From Trichoplax sp. H2 (lineage: Eukaryota), in contig NOWV01000021.1 in the NCBI GenBank assembly GCA_003344405.1, positions 620,001-684,000 on the forward strand: a stretch of 64,000 nucleotides of DNA, in the 5' to 3' direction. Positions 38,530-59,100 of this stretch are shown one piece after another. The notes beneath the pieces were generated by a model. That model did not search any database. It was not told the origin of the DNA and was given only the letters and a program-made list of their open reading frames with translations. The position numbers and the translations under genes are program-made. Position 1 is the first letter of the stretch. Every line of letters begins with the position of its first letter.

Positions 38530-39300
38530 ATATTATCATCAATGATTAGCCTACATTAAAACGGTATAACAATTATTAATAAAGTAAATCTGGTAAATAT
38601 TAATTAAACAATGATGATATAGCATTCGAAAAGAATTAGCTCAAATTAATGATGGAAGAATAATATGATGACTACTTTGGACAATAATTCCTATATGCAA
38701 TTGTATTGATCATTTTCATGGCCTACTGTATATCATCATGAGTGAGTAGTCTACGTTCTCACTGATGATGATATAGGCCATGAAAATGATCCATATAAAT
38801 GTATATAGCTTATAGGGGTATAATAATAAGGCACGCCTTAAATCTAGCAAATTGTAAAGGATTACAGTCATGGACTCTAATTCCTATATACGAGCATATT
38901 TCTGTTGATCATTTTTCATGTCCTATATTATCATCAATGAATAGCCTACATTAAAACGGTATAACAATTATTAATAAAGCAAATCTGGCAAATCTGGTAA
39001 ATATTAATTATATCATCATCAATGAGTGGCCTACATTAAAACGGTATAATAATTAATTATAATAATAAGGCAAATCCGGCAAATCTTATAAGGGTTATAG
39101 TCATGCAATATAATTCATATATCCATTTATGTTGATCATTTTTATGTTCTATATCATCATCAATAGGTAACCGACATTAAAACGGTATAAAATGAGGTAA
39201 ATCCGACATTAAAACAGTATAAAATGAGGTAAATCCGACATTAAAACAGTATAAAATGAGGCAAATCCGGTAAATTTTAAAAGGGTTACAGTCATGGACT
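38530..39300. repeat. Mosaic local repeat region with a palindrome, upstream of NVL
   Basis: Recurrent tatcatcaatga...cctacattaaaacggtataa...aaatctggtaaat blocks, an approximately 32-bp triplicate at 39172-39270, and an inverted repeat at 38708-38791. Confidence 0.8.
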
Positions 39301-39573
39301 ATTACTAGATATATACCAGGCAGATACTTGTAGAGTAGTGTAGTGTATCATTTAGTCGTTTCTGGTTACAGGTTACAGTATTAGGCCTGGACCATACACT
39401 AGAGTACTATACTGTAAGGTATAGTACTGTATGTCTAATTGCCTATACAAGGGCCCATATCTAACTGCAACTTCCTCTCCAGCCCATTTTGTATACAGAA
39501 CGAGTTAAAATTCACATTTGATTCATTCTGCCATTTTCGCATCGATTGGCTTTTAAAGAGAAATAGCTTGAGG

Positions 39574-46014
<6,441 letters not shown>

Positions 46015-46641
46015 GACTTATTCATAGTCTTTTAGCGAGAGAGTGAAATATGTATATGCATGTATTGTATAAAACAATCATTCAAACATATGCTTGTATT
46101 AGCACCTGAATATGCGATATTGTTAGAAAGCTATGGCACAGTTGGAATAATACCAATTTTTATAATATAATCCGGTGATAGCGTACGCAGTGCGCAATAA
46201 CGATTCTCATCAAATAAAAATCTGCACAGATAATTAATAAATGATTCTGTCCGAAACTGTGTTATCAACCGGTGAAAAGCACAGTACGGCAAGAAGTATC
46301 AACAATGCAGTGTCCGTTTTTAGAACAATGTATCAAAAACAAGATAAGGTCTAATCAAAAATATTGATTTATAAATTTAGCATAATATATAATTTATATT
46401 ATTATGCATATATATTAGACTTTGTATCTTCTCTTATTAAGTGATAGCGATATATTGTGTATATTTCGCACTATACACAGCAGAGAAAAAATAAAACGCA
46501 TGGCATAGAAGAATGAATATGATACACAGCCAGAGGGCATTGTCGCTAATAGTAGTAAAAATCATGATTATTGTTGAGCAATAGATCTCTGAACGATACT
46601 TTTTTAAGAAAGTAATCCAATATTAATTGCATACTTTAAAT

Positions 46642-49600
46642 TTAATACTCTTCGTCGTCTTCTTCAGTACTACCAATAATTCTATAAAATAGCTCTACAG
46701 CTGTAAAAGTGGCAGCATTCACTGGAAACGCTCTTAAAAGAGCACTATTCAAGCCACGAGTAAGGAAGTATAGACCTTCATTTTTATAACTTTTTAAAAA
46801 ACAATCCCTTAGGCCGGAATATTCCATGACACCAGTATGCAAACCATCAGCTTGTATGCGTGTTTTAAGTACATCAATAGGATATGTTACTAACCACGAT
46901 ATAACACCAGTCATACCGCCCGCAAACAACATTTTAGAAACGGTTAAGTATAAAGGATCAATTTGTTCATTTAAAACCGCTTTACAGATGGCATCGTAAG
47001 ATGAGAAGTATGTGCCACAACCGATAGCTTCACGTAAGACAGTTAAATTCATTCCACGATAGCAACCTTTTAGACCATACGTCTTGTATACGTGATGCAA
47101 ACAGTGAAAAGAACTTCGAAATTTTACACTTGCATTCTTTTTTCCGTTAGCTAACTTATTAGTATCATTCTCACTTTGTAATTGCATCCATGTTTTAACT
47201 AACTGCAAGCAGCAGCAATACAAAAAAAGAGTGATTATAAGCAATGTGATAAAAAATTATTCATCTTAAAATCTTTCAATATTATGTAGAACATATTTAC
47301 GTTTTATGCAAGAAATTATTTGCATATATCACAAGCGAATAAAATACAGTAAACCAATTTAAAATTAGCAACAGATTACATTAGAGTGTAAAAAGTATTA
47401 TATCGACTTATCGCAATAGATACTGAAACTTCTTTTATTAAATGTATTAATTATATTAGTTTCTAGACTTAGTCTGAAGGAATATCGATGTTATTTTCTA
47501 ACATACAGTATCTGTGATATGTTGTTATGATAAGACTTTATATAATTAAGCTTACTAATTTACCTCCATTGGACAGGCAACTCCAGATTGGAAGGTACCA
47601 GCTATAGATCCTGCAATAAATCGACTACGACTATTGTCGTCAGGTAATCGCCTTAGGATGTTGCCATATGTGCCGAAGATAATAGCATTAATGAAAGTTA
47701 CTCCTACCAGAGGTGATTGCATTCCTTTATATAAACCTAAAAACTACAATTAATTTATCTTATTTTAAACATTGTTAGTTAAAATCGAGGCCAACAATCA
47801 TCTATTATACAAAACACTTAATCTTCTTCAATATCACTTAAACGCTAACAAACAGTATATTGATAAAGCATTGTAACTGGATACAATTCATCACTGGAAT
47901 TAAAATCACCGGGTAATGATAGTCGTAATATATGTTATACTTTTTTATCTATTCCTCCAATTTCTTGTTCGATAACACAATATAAGATCATTAAGTACAA
48001 TATCTCAAATATATTCCTTAGATAGGTTGGATAGTATGAATTAGTATAGTAGAATCGCTACACATATATCGAGATTTCGGGTAGTAGCGTGTACGATAAA
48101 TAACTTTTGATACGTATATAATGTAGTTCAGTTGCAAATTGAGAATACTTACAATACTACATAAAGATAAATTCACAAACCTGGGTGATTGTTGTGTTTC
48201 ATGGTATATATGGTATATACAATCATGAGTTGTGACTACTATAGTAATTGAATTACCAATAACAATAAATAACAAAAAGTTATTGCATATTACGTGATAT
48301 ATGCAACATGAACTGCGACTTTTTTATATTAGCAATTGTATTACATACAATATTGTACCTCATTTGCATCGTAAAATAAACTTGATCAGCTTACTCGCAA
48401 CTAGGTAGTAAGTACAATCGAGATGGCTGCCACCTTAAAATTGTAGCTTTTTATTATCAGACGCATTTCATTATACGATGATTAATGTGGTACTTTACAT
48501 CCAAAGACGTAAGATATCAGGTAACGTTAGGCATGATCTTGTGATGTGCATAAAGTAGAGGTAAGGTGTGATTTTTTTGAATACTATGCAGTATATGCAC
48601 CATCTTACGTCTATCGAAACCGGCATTATATAGTATCTGTATAGATTATGAATTTATGACACTAAAGATATGCCATGAAAATAGGAGTACGCCTTACGTA
48701 GCTATAAATTCAAATATCTTGTATATACTGAACACTGTACACAAAATTTTTCAGTTATAACAATTTACGAATATCTGTGACTACGATAATAATACGGTAA
48801 TAATTTCGAATCTCAACTTCAAAAATATTAGTATCTCATCTAATTTGACTTTGACTCCATCTACGTACAGGGTAAATATTCTATTTATTTACTGTACATA
48901 TACGCGTATGTATCACAATATGGTAAGAACCTACCGATTCTTTACGTATGGTTGATGAGAAGCAGTGGATAGTACCTCTATATTGAGGATTATTTATATT
49001 TTGAGCTTGTAAGCGGACCTGCAGAGACAACATTTATGCAGGTTAACATTGAGAATCATTTTATTACAGTAATAACATAATATTTTAGAAATACACAAAG
49101 TGAGATAAATGTTTAATTAGATATTTAATAAAATAATGTATAGTAGGATACAAAACTTGGGTGAATTTATATTTCTGTTACTTATTACAGACAGTCCAGC
49201 GTAGGAAATCAATCACCTATGGTATCCATAAAATTTTATACTTTATATTCAAAAATGGAATTGTTACCGATGACCAACAGTCATTAAATCCCAGTAATTC
49301 TTATATTACTTATTATACTGTATCCCTTAGCACTGTTGACAATGCCAATGGTATACCTTGACAGTCACTCTCGACATTTTATCAGTATCGTAAATATTCT
49401 CGGTAGATAACCCGATGTAGTTGATTACAAATCAATATGATGTATCATAATATTTACCATATCCGGAATGATATTAACTTAAAAAAAATAATAGTATACA
49501 TAGGTTAGTACCTTGACCGTATCGAAAGGATGGCCAACTAGGATACCAGCTAAACCTATCAACGAGAGAATGCAACTTATCAATCTATGGAAAAACCAAA

Positions 49601-51885
49601 CTACAGTTCTTATGATTAATTATTAACAGTTTTATTTACTAACCGTACCGTATTTTATATCGTATTGACGATAGTAACATAATACATTACTTGATAGCTA
49701 TAACAATACAAATGATACATTTATAGTAAGAAGGATTATGCAGATTATAATTATACAAATATACGATCGAAAAATCACTACAAGACTCAAAATATCACAA
49801 ATCATGATATAATTCACGCGTAAAATAGTAGTATACAACATTTGGAATACATGTCTGCCAAGATGTGCATTATCCATGGTGACTGAGGTAATATCCGTAA
49901 TATATACAGTCTCCTAAGGATGTAAGATAACGAACATGGCGAGAGCCGACAAAAGTAATTACTGTCGATACTCGACGTACAGTAGTGAGCACTAATTGCT
50001 GTAGAGTAAATGTTTGCACTGACAACGCTTTCAATTGATTACTGTAAAAGTATGATTTGACTGCATGTGAACTGATATTTGATATTATAGAATCCATTGT
50101 ATTGTATAAAGTGAAATATAATCCACTCTCTTTTATGCTTCGGTAGTATGAAGGACAGTATTGCGCAAGGAAGAGATACCATTTCTCCTTGTGCCATAGT
50201 AGTGCACTCTTAAAGCTATACTTTAACCGAACATCCACTACTATTGGATACTATTATACTATAGAAGTAACTGTACAGTGTATAATCTATCACGAAGCAT
50301 AATCAATTCTCCCTTTGCTTGAGCATAGTAGGATAAAGCCCTAGTTTACGCGTATTTATTTTTCAATCCAACACTCATCCATTCAAATAATTATCATCAT
50401 AATTTTAATCAAAAATTGCAGCTAATGTGCTATGTTGCATTGCTGCAACGCCATAATTACTCTATAGGCTATCCAAGGACTTTTACAAGCTTCGTGGCTA
50501 ATTAAGGATAACTGTATCATCATTAATTCAGTATACAATATACATTATCGATAGATCAGTAACATTGAGTAGTAAATGAAACATTGTTTTTGTTGCAATA
50601 TTGTCCATTATACTGTATGATATATTATTCTATGCAAAGTAATTTCAATTTTAGAAAAGCATCATTATCTTACACTATCGGACTCCCCAAAATGGAGATT
50701 GTCAAAAATGCCAAGGCTAACTGCTTTGCTGGTCATTTTACTCTGCCGGAAAAGTGGAGCCGTACGGTACAGTATACCGTTTGGAGCTTACCGTGAACTA
50801 GCGTTACTACAACTGACCATTACCGATGCACAATTTAGTTTAAATAACCAGCAAACTAGTTCGCCTGCCCATTCTTGGCAACGAACACTTGGTCGTTGCC
50901 TCTCTCTTTTAGTGATGAATGAATAGATTCAAAGCATTTTTATGATCGACATTGATCCAGTACGTGCTGGAATATGTCCATTACTGGTAGTACAGTATCA
51001 CGAGTTGCAATGATCTTCAATATTATCATGATCGATGTTGCAGTTAGAATTTAGAATGATTATTAAAAGGGATTACTCTTCTATTTAACTAGCGTTACTA
51101 CAACTGACCATTACCGATGCATAGTTTAGTTTAAATAACCAGCAAACTAGTTCGCCTGCCCATTCTTGGCAACGAACACTTGGTCGTTGCCTCTCTCTTT
51201 TAGTGATGAATGAATAGATTCAAAGCATTTTTATGATCGACATTGATCCAGTACGTGCAGGAATATGTCCATTACTGGTAGTACAGTATCACGAGTGGCA
51301 ATAATCTTCAATATTATCATGATCGATGTTGCAGTTAGAATTTAGAATGATTATTACAAGGGATTACTTTTCTATTTTGGGGGGACAGTTGATTAACATG
51401 ATTGAATTTCTTTATTATTATTATGGTAATACAGGAATAATATGATAATAATAATTAATTATTATTATTATTATTCAAAGTCTGCAAGCGTCTACAGTGT
51501 ACAGTATTGTACTGTACAATATAGTATTGTACAGTACATACTGTACGTCACTGAGGCATACAAGACATTTTTGTATAGCGCTGTTGTACTGTACAGTATA
51601 GTAAGGTAAGGGCCAATCCCACGCCAAACCTACTGTAGTGAAATAACAGTTGCGATATACAGTACTGTACATTACTGTATACTCCAGCAACATGGCATGG
51701 TGGCGTTTGGACAATAGAATCCCAAAATAAAATAATACGAGTATTCCAAATTGCAATGGCAAAGTATCCAGTACATGGGGAATATTAAAAAGGAACTACT
51801 GTAATAAGCAGCAATAATGCATGCACACTTGCACAGCAAATTATAATTTACCTCCAAAGCAACCGGCTACGAAATCTAAGGCCAT
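46642..51885 (-). CDS. SLC25A29: Mitochondrial basic amino acid carrier (SLC25A29/45/48 family, closest to SLC25A29)
   Basis: Exon 1 MALDFVAGCFG (from 51885), then GLAGILVGHPFDTVK, VRLQAQNINNPQYRGTIHCFSSTIRKES, LGLYKGMQSPLVG...ACPME, and last exon ...WLVTYPIDVLKTRIQADG...LLRAFPVNAATF. PxD/ExxK carrier motifs are present. Confidence 0.88.
50796..51377. repeat. 291-bp tandem duplication in SLC25A29 intron 1
   Basis: aactagcgttactacaactgacc... at 50796 and 51087. The copies differ by a few substitutions and there is no gap between them. Confidence 0.93.
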
Positions 51886-53086
51886 TTAGCAATAGGCGGA
51901 TAGAATTCAATTCAATTTTCTTGATTCAATTTGATTTCGACCTTTCCTCTGGGCATTACCGTAGACTGATTGCATCGATAAGCTACATCACTATTTAACT
52001 TGATGACGCTGGCTAATTTCACTCAATTTCATGCATTGATAGTAGGATCCACTGATTCTACGTTTGCTTGAATCGCTAGTACTAGAAAGGAGCAATCTTT
52101 CAGGTTCAATTTAGGAGGATTACTGCTTATCCAATTCTACGACATGCCATCCAGGAGTCTAAGGCTACGGTGCTGTTACGCATTCATATGTCACTTCCAA
52201 TTACGGTAGGGTACTATACAGTGTACAGTACACTTCAATATTGTACATTGTACTGTAAAGTGTACAGTAAATACTGTGCTGTACTGTACAGTACAATGTT
52301 GAGTGTACAGTATGTATGGAAATTGGAATCGACGCGTTCTTTACAAATGGTCGTTGATGACAGTCTGCTCTACATAATTGGTGTACGGTACCGGGTACCA
52401 CATGCTGACTACTGTACAGTACTGTACTATATTGTGCTGTGGAAGGTGCAAGTCTGCAACCACTAGCTGTATCCAGTCATAATTGGTCACGTGGTTCGGC
52501 CACCCTTTGGGGGGGGGGTATCACAGCACTCCATGCATTCTTTTCTTTCTCTTACAGTATGACATGAAATAGCTATTTAAGACTAGTTAGGGAAGAATGA
52601 GGACTTCAAGTACAGTATGCTATATAATCTATCTATCTATCTTCTAGAATCTACCGTCGAGGGTAAAAAGTGAGAGTTTTTAATAACGGAGGAACTGTTG
52701 AGGATTTTACTAGTACAGTACAGTCGCAGTACGGTTACTGTAGATCCCTCGATCGGACTTTACTCCAACTTTTGACTCTGTACAATGGATCACTGACTCA
52801 CTGAATCCATACAGTAGAGTAGACAGTCAACGAAGTCACATTAATCCAATTTTATGACGTAGTCATGGAGCGACGGAAGATTGCATACTGTAGGTTGATC
52901 ATGAATTTGCGATGGTCTACTCAGAATCTACTGTGCACTGTGCTGTGTGTTCATTTGTACTTTTAGTATCCAGAGACATGCACTAATGACTACTTTATTC
53001 CATATTGTCACCTTCTCTTTTATCGGGCATGAGCATCTACTAGTGTGCAGTACTGTATAGACGAAGTGCACTGTGATATGGCTTTT

Positions 53087-53236
53087 TTTAGACACCGGAC
53101 ATGGTCAGAGCTAATTAAAGGGACTTCTGACACTTTACCATGTAATCATTCCTAGTCACTCTTTAGACACCGGACATGATCAGAGCTAATTAAAGGGACT
53201 TTTGACACTTTACCATGTAATCATTCCTAGTCACTC
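53087..53236. repeat. 75-bp tandem duplication
   Basis: tttagacaccggacatgRtcagagctaattaaagggactt...cattcctagtcactc occurs twice. Confidence 0.92.
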
Positions 53237-53438
53237 GTTCATAACAGTGTACGTAGTACTATACGGGAAAGACTCCATCGTTGTTAATGCACATTTCGAA
53301 GAGGAATTTTCTCGACAAGTCCGTGTACAGTGTACAGTCCATTCGTTCTCTCTGGACTGATTGATTGAGTAAGCACGATCAACGCCGATACTATACAGTA
53401 GACAAGGACTACAGACTACAGTGACGATATTCAACTGT

Positions 53439-55994
53439 ATTGCACCGTCATGCACGTGTGTTGCGAGTTCACAAAAAGCTAAGAAAAATCTCTGATAATT
53501 CATTTATGAATTCTACATGTTATCTATAGTGATCTATATCTATATAATCATTCAATATCGTTCATAAGCGTCTAGAATTTCTTCAAGAAGTTCATGAAAA
53601 AGCTGTAGTAGTGACAGTACACAGTGATAGTATGACTCAAGTCTCAAGAGATCATCGAGTACTGTAGTGAAAAATTGAACAGCTGCTACATTAATGGATC
53701 GATGGACTATCGGTACAGTACCAGAGATTTTTGATTACCTCCATAACCAGTCAGACTCCATGCTTTACAGTACTATACAGTACAGTACTGTGCAATATAC
53801 TGTACACTGTAGAGTACTGGACTGTACAGGCTGTTTCATAACATTTTGTCACTTTCGGGCCATATTTTTCTTTAAAAATACAGTAAAACTATAATAGAAT
53901 GATATATGAGGTTGATGGAGAGATTCTGAAATATCTGAATCTGGTAAAGTTAGAAAGTTAAACTTGCTCTTAAGTCCATAAATGATGAAAGTATCACTGA
54001 CCGTTATACTGTACAGTACTGTAGACGTTTTTTCTTTTCTTTTTGTTTTATTACACAGTACTGTAGAAGATAACTGACTATCAAGCCTGTGCCGCGCAAG
54101 TGGATGCTGATTGAGAGTAGTACGAACCTTCAATACTGTACAGTATGGTTGTTGTACTGTACAGTATTAACGCTTGATACAGTAGTAATACTGTACACTG
54201 TACATTGTAGTCTACAGTACTGTACTGTAGAGCGTAGACGTTTTTTCTTTTCTTTTTGTTTTATTACGAAGTGGATACTGATTGAGAGTAGTACCTGTAC
54301 AGTACAGTACGAACCTTCAATACGGTCGTTGGTATTTACCGTCGATAGTAACCCTGTACTGTACAGTACAGTGCAATATACTGTACAGTACTGTACGATA
54401 CACTGTGCACTGTAGACTGTAGACCAGTGCAGACGTTTTTTCTTTTCCTTTTTGTTTTAGCCAGTTGAAGTTTCGGTCCGTATACGGTTCCAACCGAACC
54501 TCTGCCAGGTCGTGACGTCTAGTTGAACATGACTGACGATCAAGCCTGCGCAAATTGCAGGGTTGCAAGGCGGCGCTGGGCATACCTCGTACAGTAGGAG
54601 TATATGGCCATTAGGATAAACTAACTCGTGCCACTATCTAATTTAGCTTGGGCTCGTGATTGGAAATGGGGTGTACCTGATTTTTTGGGGTAGTGTTGTT
54701 ATATAATCTTGGGCTNNNNNNNNNNNNNNNNNNNNATTGCACCGTCATGCACGTGTGTTGCGAGTTCACAAAAAGCTAAGAAAAATCTCTGATAATTCAT
54801 TTATGAATTCTACATGTTATCTATAGTGATCTATATCTATATAATCACTCAATATCGTTCATAAGCGTCTAGAATTTCTTCAAGAAGTTCATGAAAAGCT
54901 GTAGTAGTGACAGTACACAGTGATAGTATGACTCAAGTCTCAAGAGATCATTGAGGAATGTAGTGAAAGATTGAACAGCTGCTACATTGATCGATGGACT
55001 ATCGGTACAGTACCAGAGATTTTTGATTACCTCCTTAACCAGTCAGACTCCATGCTTTACAGTACTATACAGTACTGTGTAATATACTGTACACTGTAGA
55101 GTACTGGACTGTACTGTACTGTACTGTACTGTAGACGTTTTTTCTTTTCTTTTTGTTTTATTACGCAGTAGGAGATAGCTGACTATCAAGCCTGCGCAAG
55201 TGGATGCTGAATTGCTGATTGAGAGTAGCACGAACCTTCAATACGGTTGTTGTACAGTATTAACACTTGATACAGTAGTAATACTGTACACTGTACATTG
55301 TAGTCTACTGTTGTACAGTACTGGAGACGTTTTTTCTTTTCTGTTTGTTTTACTGTATTAGGCAGTAGAAGATAACTGACTATCAAGCCTGCGCAAATGG
55401 ATGCTGATGGAGAGTAGTACGAACCTTCAATACGGTTGTTGTACTGTACAGTATGTTTAACGCTTGATACAGTAGTAATACTGTACACTGTACATTGTAG
55501 TCTACAGTACTGTACTGGAGGCGTTTTTTCTTTCTTTTCTTTTTGTTTTATTACGCAGTAGGAGATGACTGACTATCAAGCCTGCGCAAGTGGATACTGA
55601 TTGAGAGTAGTACGAACCTTCAATACGGTCGCTGGTATTTACCGTCGATAGTAACCCTGTACAGTGCACTATACGATACACTGTGCACTGTACACTGTAG
55701 ACCAGTGCAGACGTTTTTTCTTTTCCTTTTTGTTTTAGCCAGTTGAAGTTTCGGTCCGTATACGGTTCCAACCGAACCTCTGCCAGGTCGTGACGTCTAG
55801 TTGAACATGACTGACGATCAAGCCTGCGCAAATTGCAGGGTTGCAAGGCGGCGCTGGGCATACCTCGTACAGTAGGAGTATATGGCCATTAGGATAAACT
55901 AACTCGTGCCACTATCTAATTTAGCTTGGGCTCGTGATTGGAAATGGGGTGTACCTGATTTTTTGGGGTAGTGTTGTTATATAATCTTGGGCTT
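53439..55994. repeat. About 1.27-kb duplication across the gap at 54716-54735, containing internal ~190-bp repeats
   Basis: 54736 onward matches 53439 onward. Internal unit agacgttttttcttttc...gactatcaagcctgcgcaagtggatgctga...cgaaccttcaatac starts near 54023, 54236, 54431 and near 55133, 55325, 55520, 55709. Confidence 0.9.
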
Positions 55995-56152
55995 GGTTGG
56001 AGAAAATTGTTCTTCGCTGTTCGCTCATAAGCTTACTGTGTGTAGTAGCTAAGGTAGTTTCTAGTGGCGAGTTATTTCCATCCATCTGGTCGCGTTATTC
56101 GTTTTCTATTACCAAGGTAGGCCAAGGGTCGACTACTCCAAGATAGAGAGGC

Positions 56153-59100
56153 ATGAGATTAGACGAAAAGATAATACAAAGATTAAAAGGCAAACGAATT
56201 GGATATTCAATTGGCGAAAGGAAGAAAAGAAAACTTAATTTCGACTTACTAGCCGAATTATGCAGGTTAGTAGGAGAAGACAACACCATCATTTCACAAA
56301 CGAGCTGACTCGTTGTTGATGTTTCACGCTCAATCTTGCCTATTGATTAATTATACCCATTAATATTTCCTACTATACCTTTCCCATTCTACGCTGATAA
56401 CACCACAATCCATCATTTCCATCGTATTTATATTCTATTAGTATACAATCCATACTTCATACAGACGTACTCCTCGATCATACTATTCAACATCTTTCAA
56501 GACAAAAAATACTCAAACCATGTTGGTTAATTATTCATACTTGATTATGTTCCCAATAGTGAGATTGGAAAATCACTTGTGGGTGTTATTAAATTGATTT
56601 ACGATGGAGTCATTGGCTAATCTTGTAAAGGATGTATACTGTTATTGTTGTATCCTATCCTTTCTTTCTTCACCCTCAAGTATGAAAGTGAATTCGCCAC
56701 CATTGGCGTAATGCAATGTACTTTCTGATGAGTCTGCCTGCTAGCAGCGATCAATCGATTGTCATACTCTCCACAAATAATTTTAAAAATTGGCCATACT
56801 CTACCCCTACCAACAAGCCCAATAACATGCTATACAAAACATCCAAATAAGTGTGCACAAGTTGAGCGATCCCCTGACATGGAGATGGCTTGCGTACGAT
56901 CGATTCAAGTTTCCATTCTTTGATGACAATTAATTCATGCAAATATTCACCAGAAACCGGATACGATGAATAACAGTTGGCAAAAATAGCTACTGCCAAT
57001 TTTGCTACAACCTTAGTACCATATTGTATTCTACTCTACATATGGACACAGTCCACACTAAGAGTGTTTGTGTTGTAGTACTGCATGCCTGTCAGTCCTT
57101 TACAAAGCCATACAACAGAGTTTTGGGGACTAGTCTCCATCATCGACTGGTTATACCTGCCAATGCTTACTACGCTACTGTAGGCAAAAGCAACATCTTC
57201 TTCTACAGTTGCCTTCCAACTTTCTCTCCCTTAATTCATGGACTCATAGTGTGCCTCAAAGAATACAACGTATTGTTCAATACTTCAATGCCACTCGACA
57301 GGAAGCACATGCCGCAACAACTTGCTCACTCTTGCCACTGTTAGCGTTTTATTGCATCCATTTCTCACTCTACATTCGCTCTTTCAAGCTGAAGCTAGTA
57401 GCCATGAGAGGATTGATGTAGATTCACCAATAGCTCCATGTTTTACTTTATACTAGAACTAAATACAAGTATCAACAAGTTGATCATTAAGAAGCGTCAT
57501 TGCATCTCGATACTGTAATGTCCTTTTAAAAAATAAATACTGCAGGCTGCTAAAATGATCATCTTTTGAAAGAAAAAGCATTTCAGAATGGAGAGTGTCA
57601 TAACGTGCGAACTTGATAATTGTTAGTAAATCGGATTACGTGCTCGCTGTAGTCGACAGCCTTGACAACATCATTATTTAGCCCTTGAAGTAATACAACC
57701 ACACCCGTACAAATTGGTTATATTGGCATAAGTTAACATTCGACACTAAAACCAACCTTAGACAATTGATACTGTATAGGAAGGCATAGAATTGATTCTA
57801 TTTCCCTTTTCATTCACAACGAAATGGAAATAATATCAATCCTAAATTATTGCTTACGACGCATGGACTATTCGAAAAAAGATCATGTTTTAGTGGTGCA
57901 CGATGCCGTTTATTCCTTACAGAAAGGAACGCGTACGATTTTGTTCTAAATACGATGCCATTTTTTAAGCAATCGACCTTCCCCTACGCATGCTAACCCC
58001 TAAATTTGAACAACAAAAGCGCTATGGTGCAGTAAACGATTCATGACCTAAGTCAAAGTTCTAGCATCAGCCATAAAAATANNNNNNNNNNNNNNNNNNN
58101 NTACTGCAGGCTGCTAAAATGATCATCTTTTGAAAAAAAAAAGTATTTCAGAATGGAGAGTGTCATATCGTGCGAACTTGATCATTGTCAGTAAATCAGA
58201 TTACGTGCTCGCTGTAGTCGAAAGCCTTGACAACATCATTATTTAGCCCTTGAAGTAATACAACCACACCCGTACAAATTGGTTATATTGGCATAAGTTA
58301 AATGCCAACAAGTGCACGTAGATTGATCGAAAATTTCAATCTCGTGCAACATTCGACACTAAAACTAACCTTAGACAATCGATACTGTATAGGAGAGCAT
58401 AGAATTGATTCTATTTCCCTTTTCATTCACAACGAAATGGAAATAACATCAATCCTAAATTATTGCTTACGACACATGGACTATTCGAAAAAAGATCATC
58501 ATCATGTTTTAGTGGTGCACGATGCCGTTTATTCCTTGCTGAAAGGAACGCGTACGATTTTGTTCTAAATACGATGCCATTTTTTAAGCAATCGACCTTC
58601 CCCTACGCATGCTAACCCCTAAATTTGAACAACAAAAGCGCTACGGTGCAGTAAACGATTCATGAACTAAGTCAAAGTTCTAGCATCAGCCATAAAAATA
58701 AAAGACTCCGTATGATCACGTTTAAACCTCCAGTGATAGCCGTTGATCGTTGTCATAACGGCGATCATCAGCTTTGATTGCCGTTTCAATTTACAGTACT
58801 ATACTACTCATCACCGAGAAAGTAGTCAACACTGTTGTATCCAGACTACAATCTTCCATTCTAACAGTTTTTATACATGCAATAGACTCCAATTTAGACT
58901 ATCTTATACTGTTCAACTCTACTAATATTATTAAATGAAGTAAACAGTGCAACCCAAGCCTTAAAACTGAACAGTACTGTGCATACCAACCAATATTAAA
59001 TTGTGCTTGTACAACGCATTTAGCGGATCGAAAGGAACGCCTTGTCGCTTCCATATTTACCTTAATTAATTTCCACTTATCCAGAATGATCATGCACAGC

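Noticed and set aside
53571..53598. Heat-shock element cluster upstream of ITPK1/SLC25A29
   Set aside because: The GAA/TTC units are out of register (1-nt spacing), leaving only two-unit pairs.
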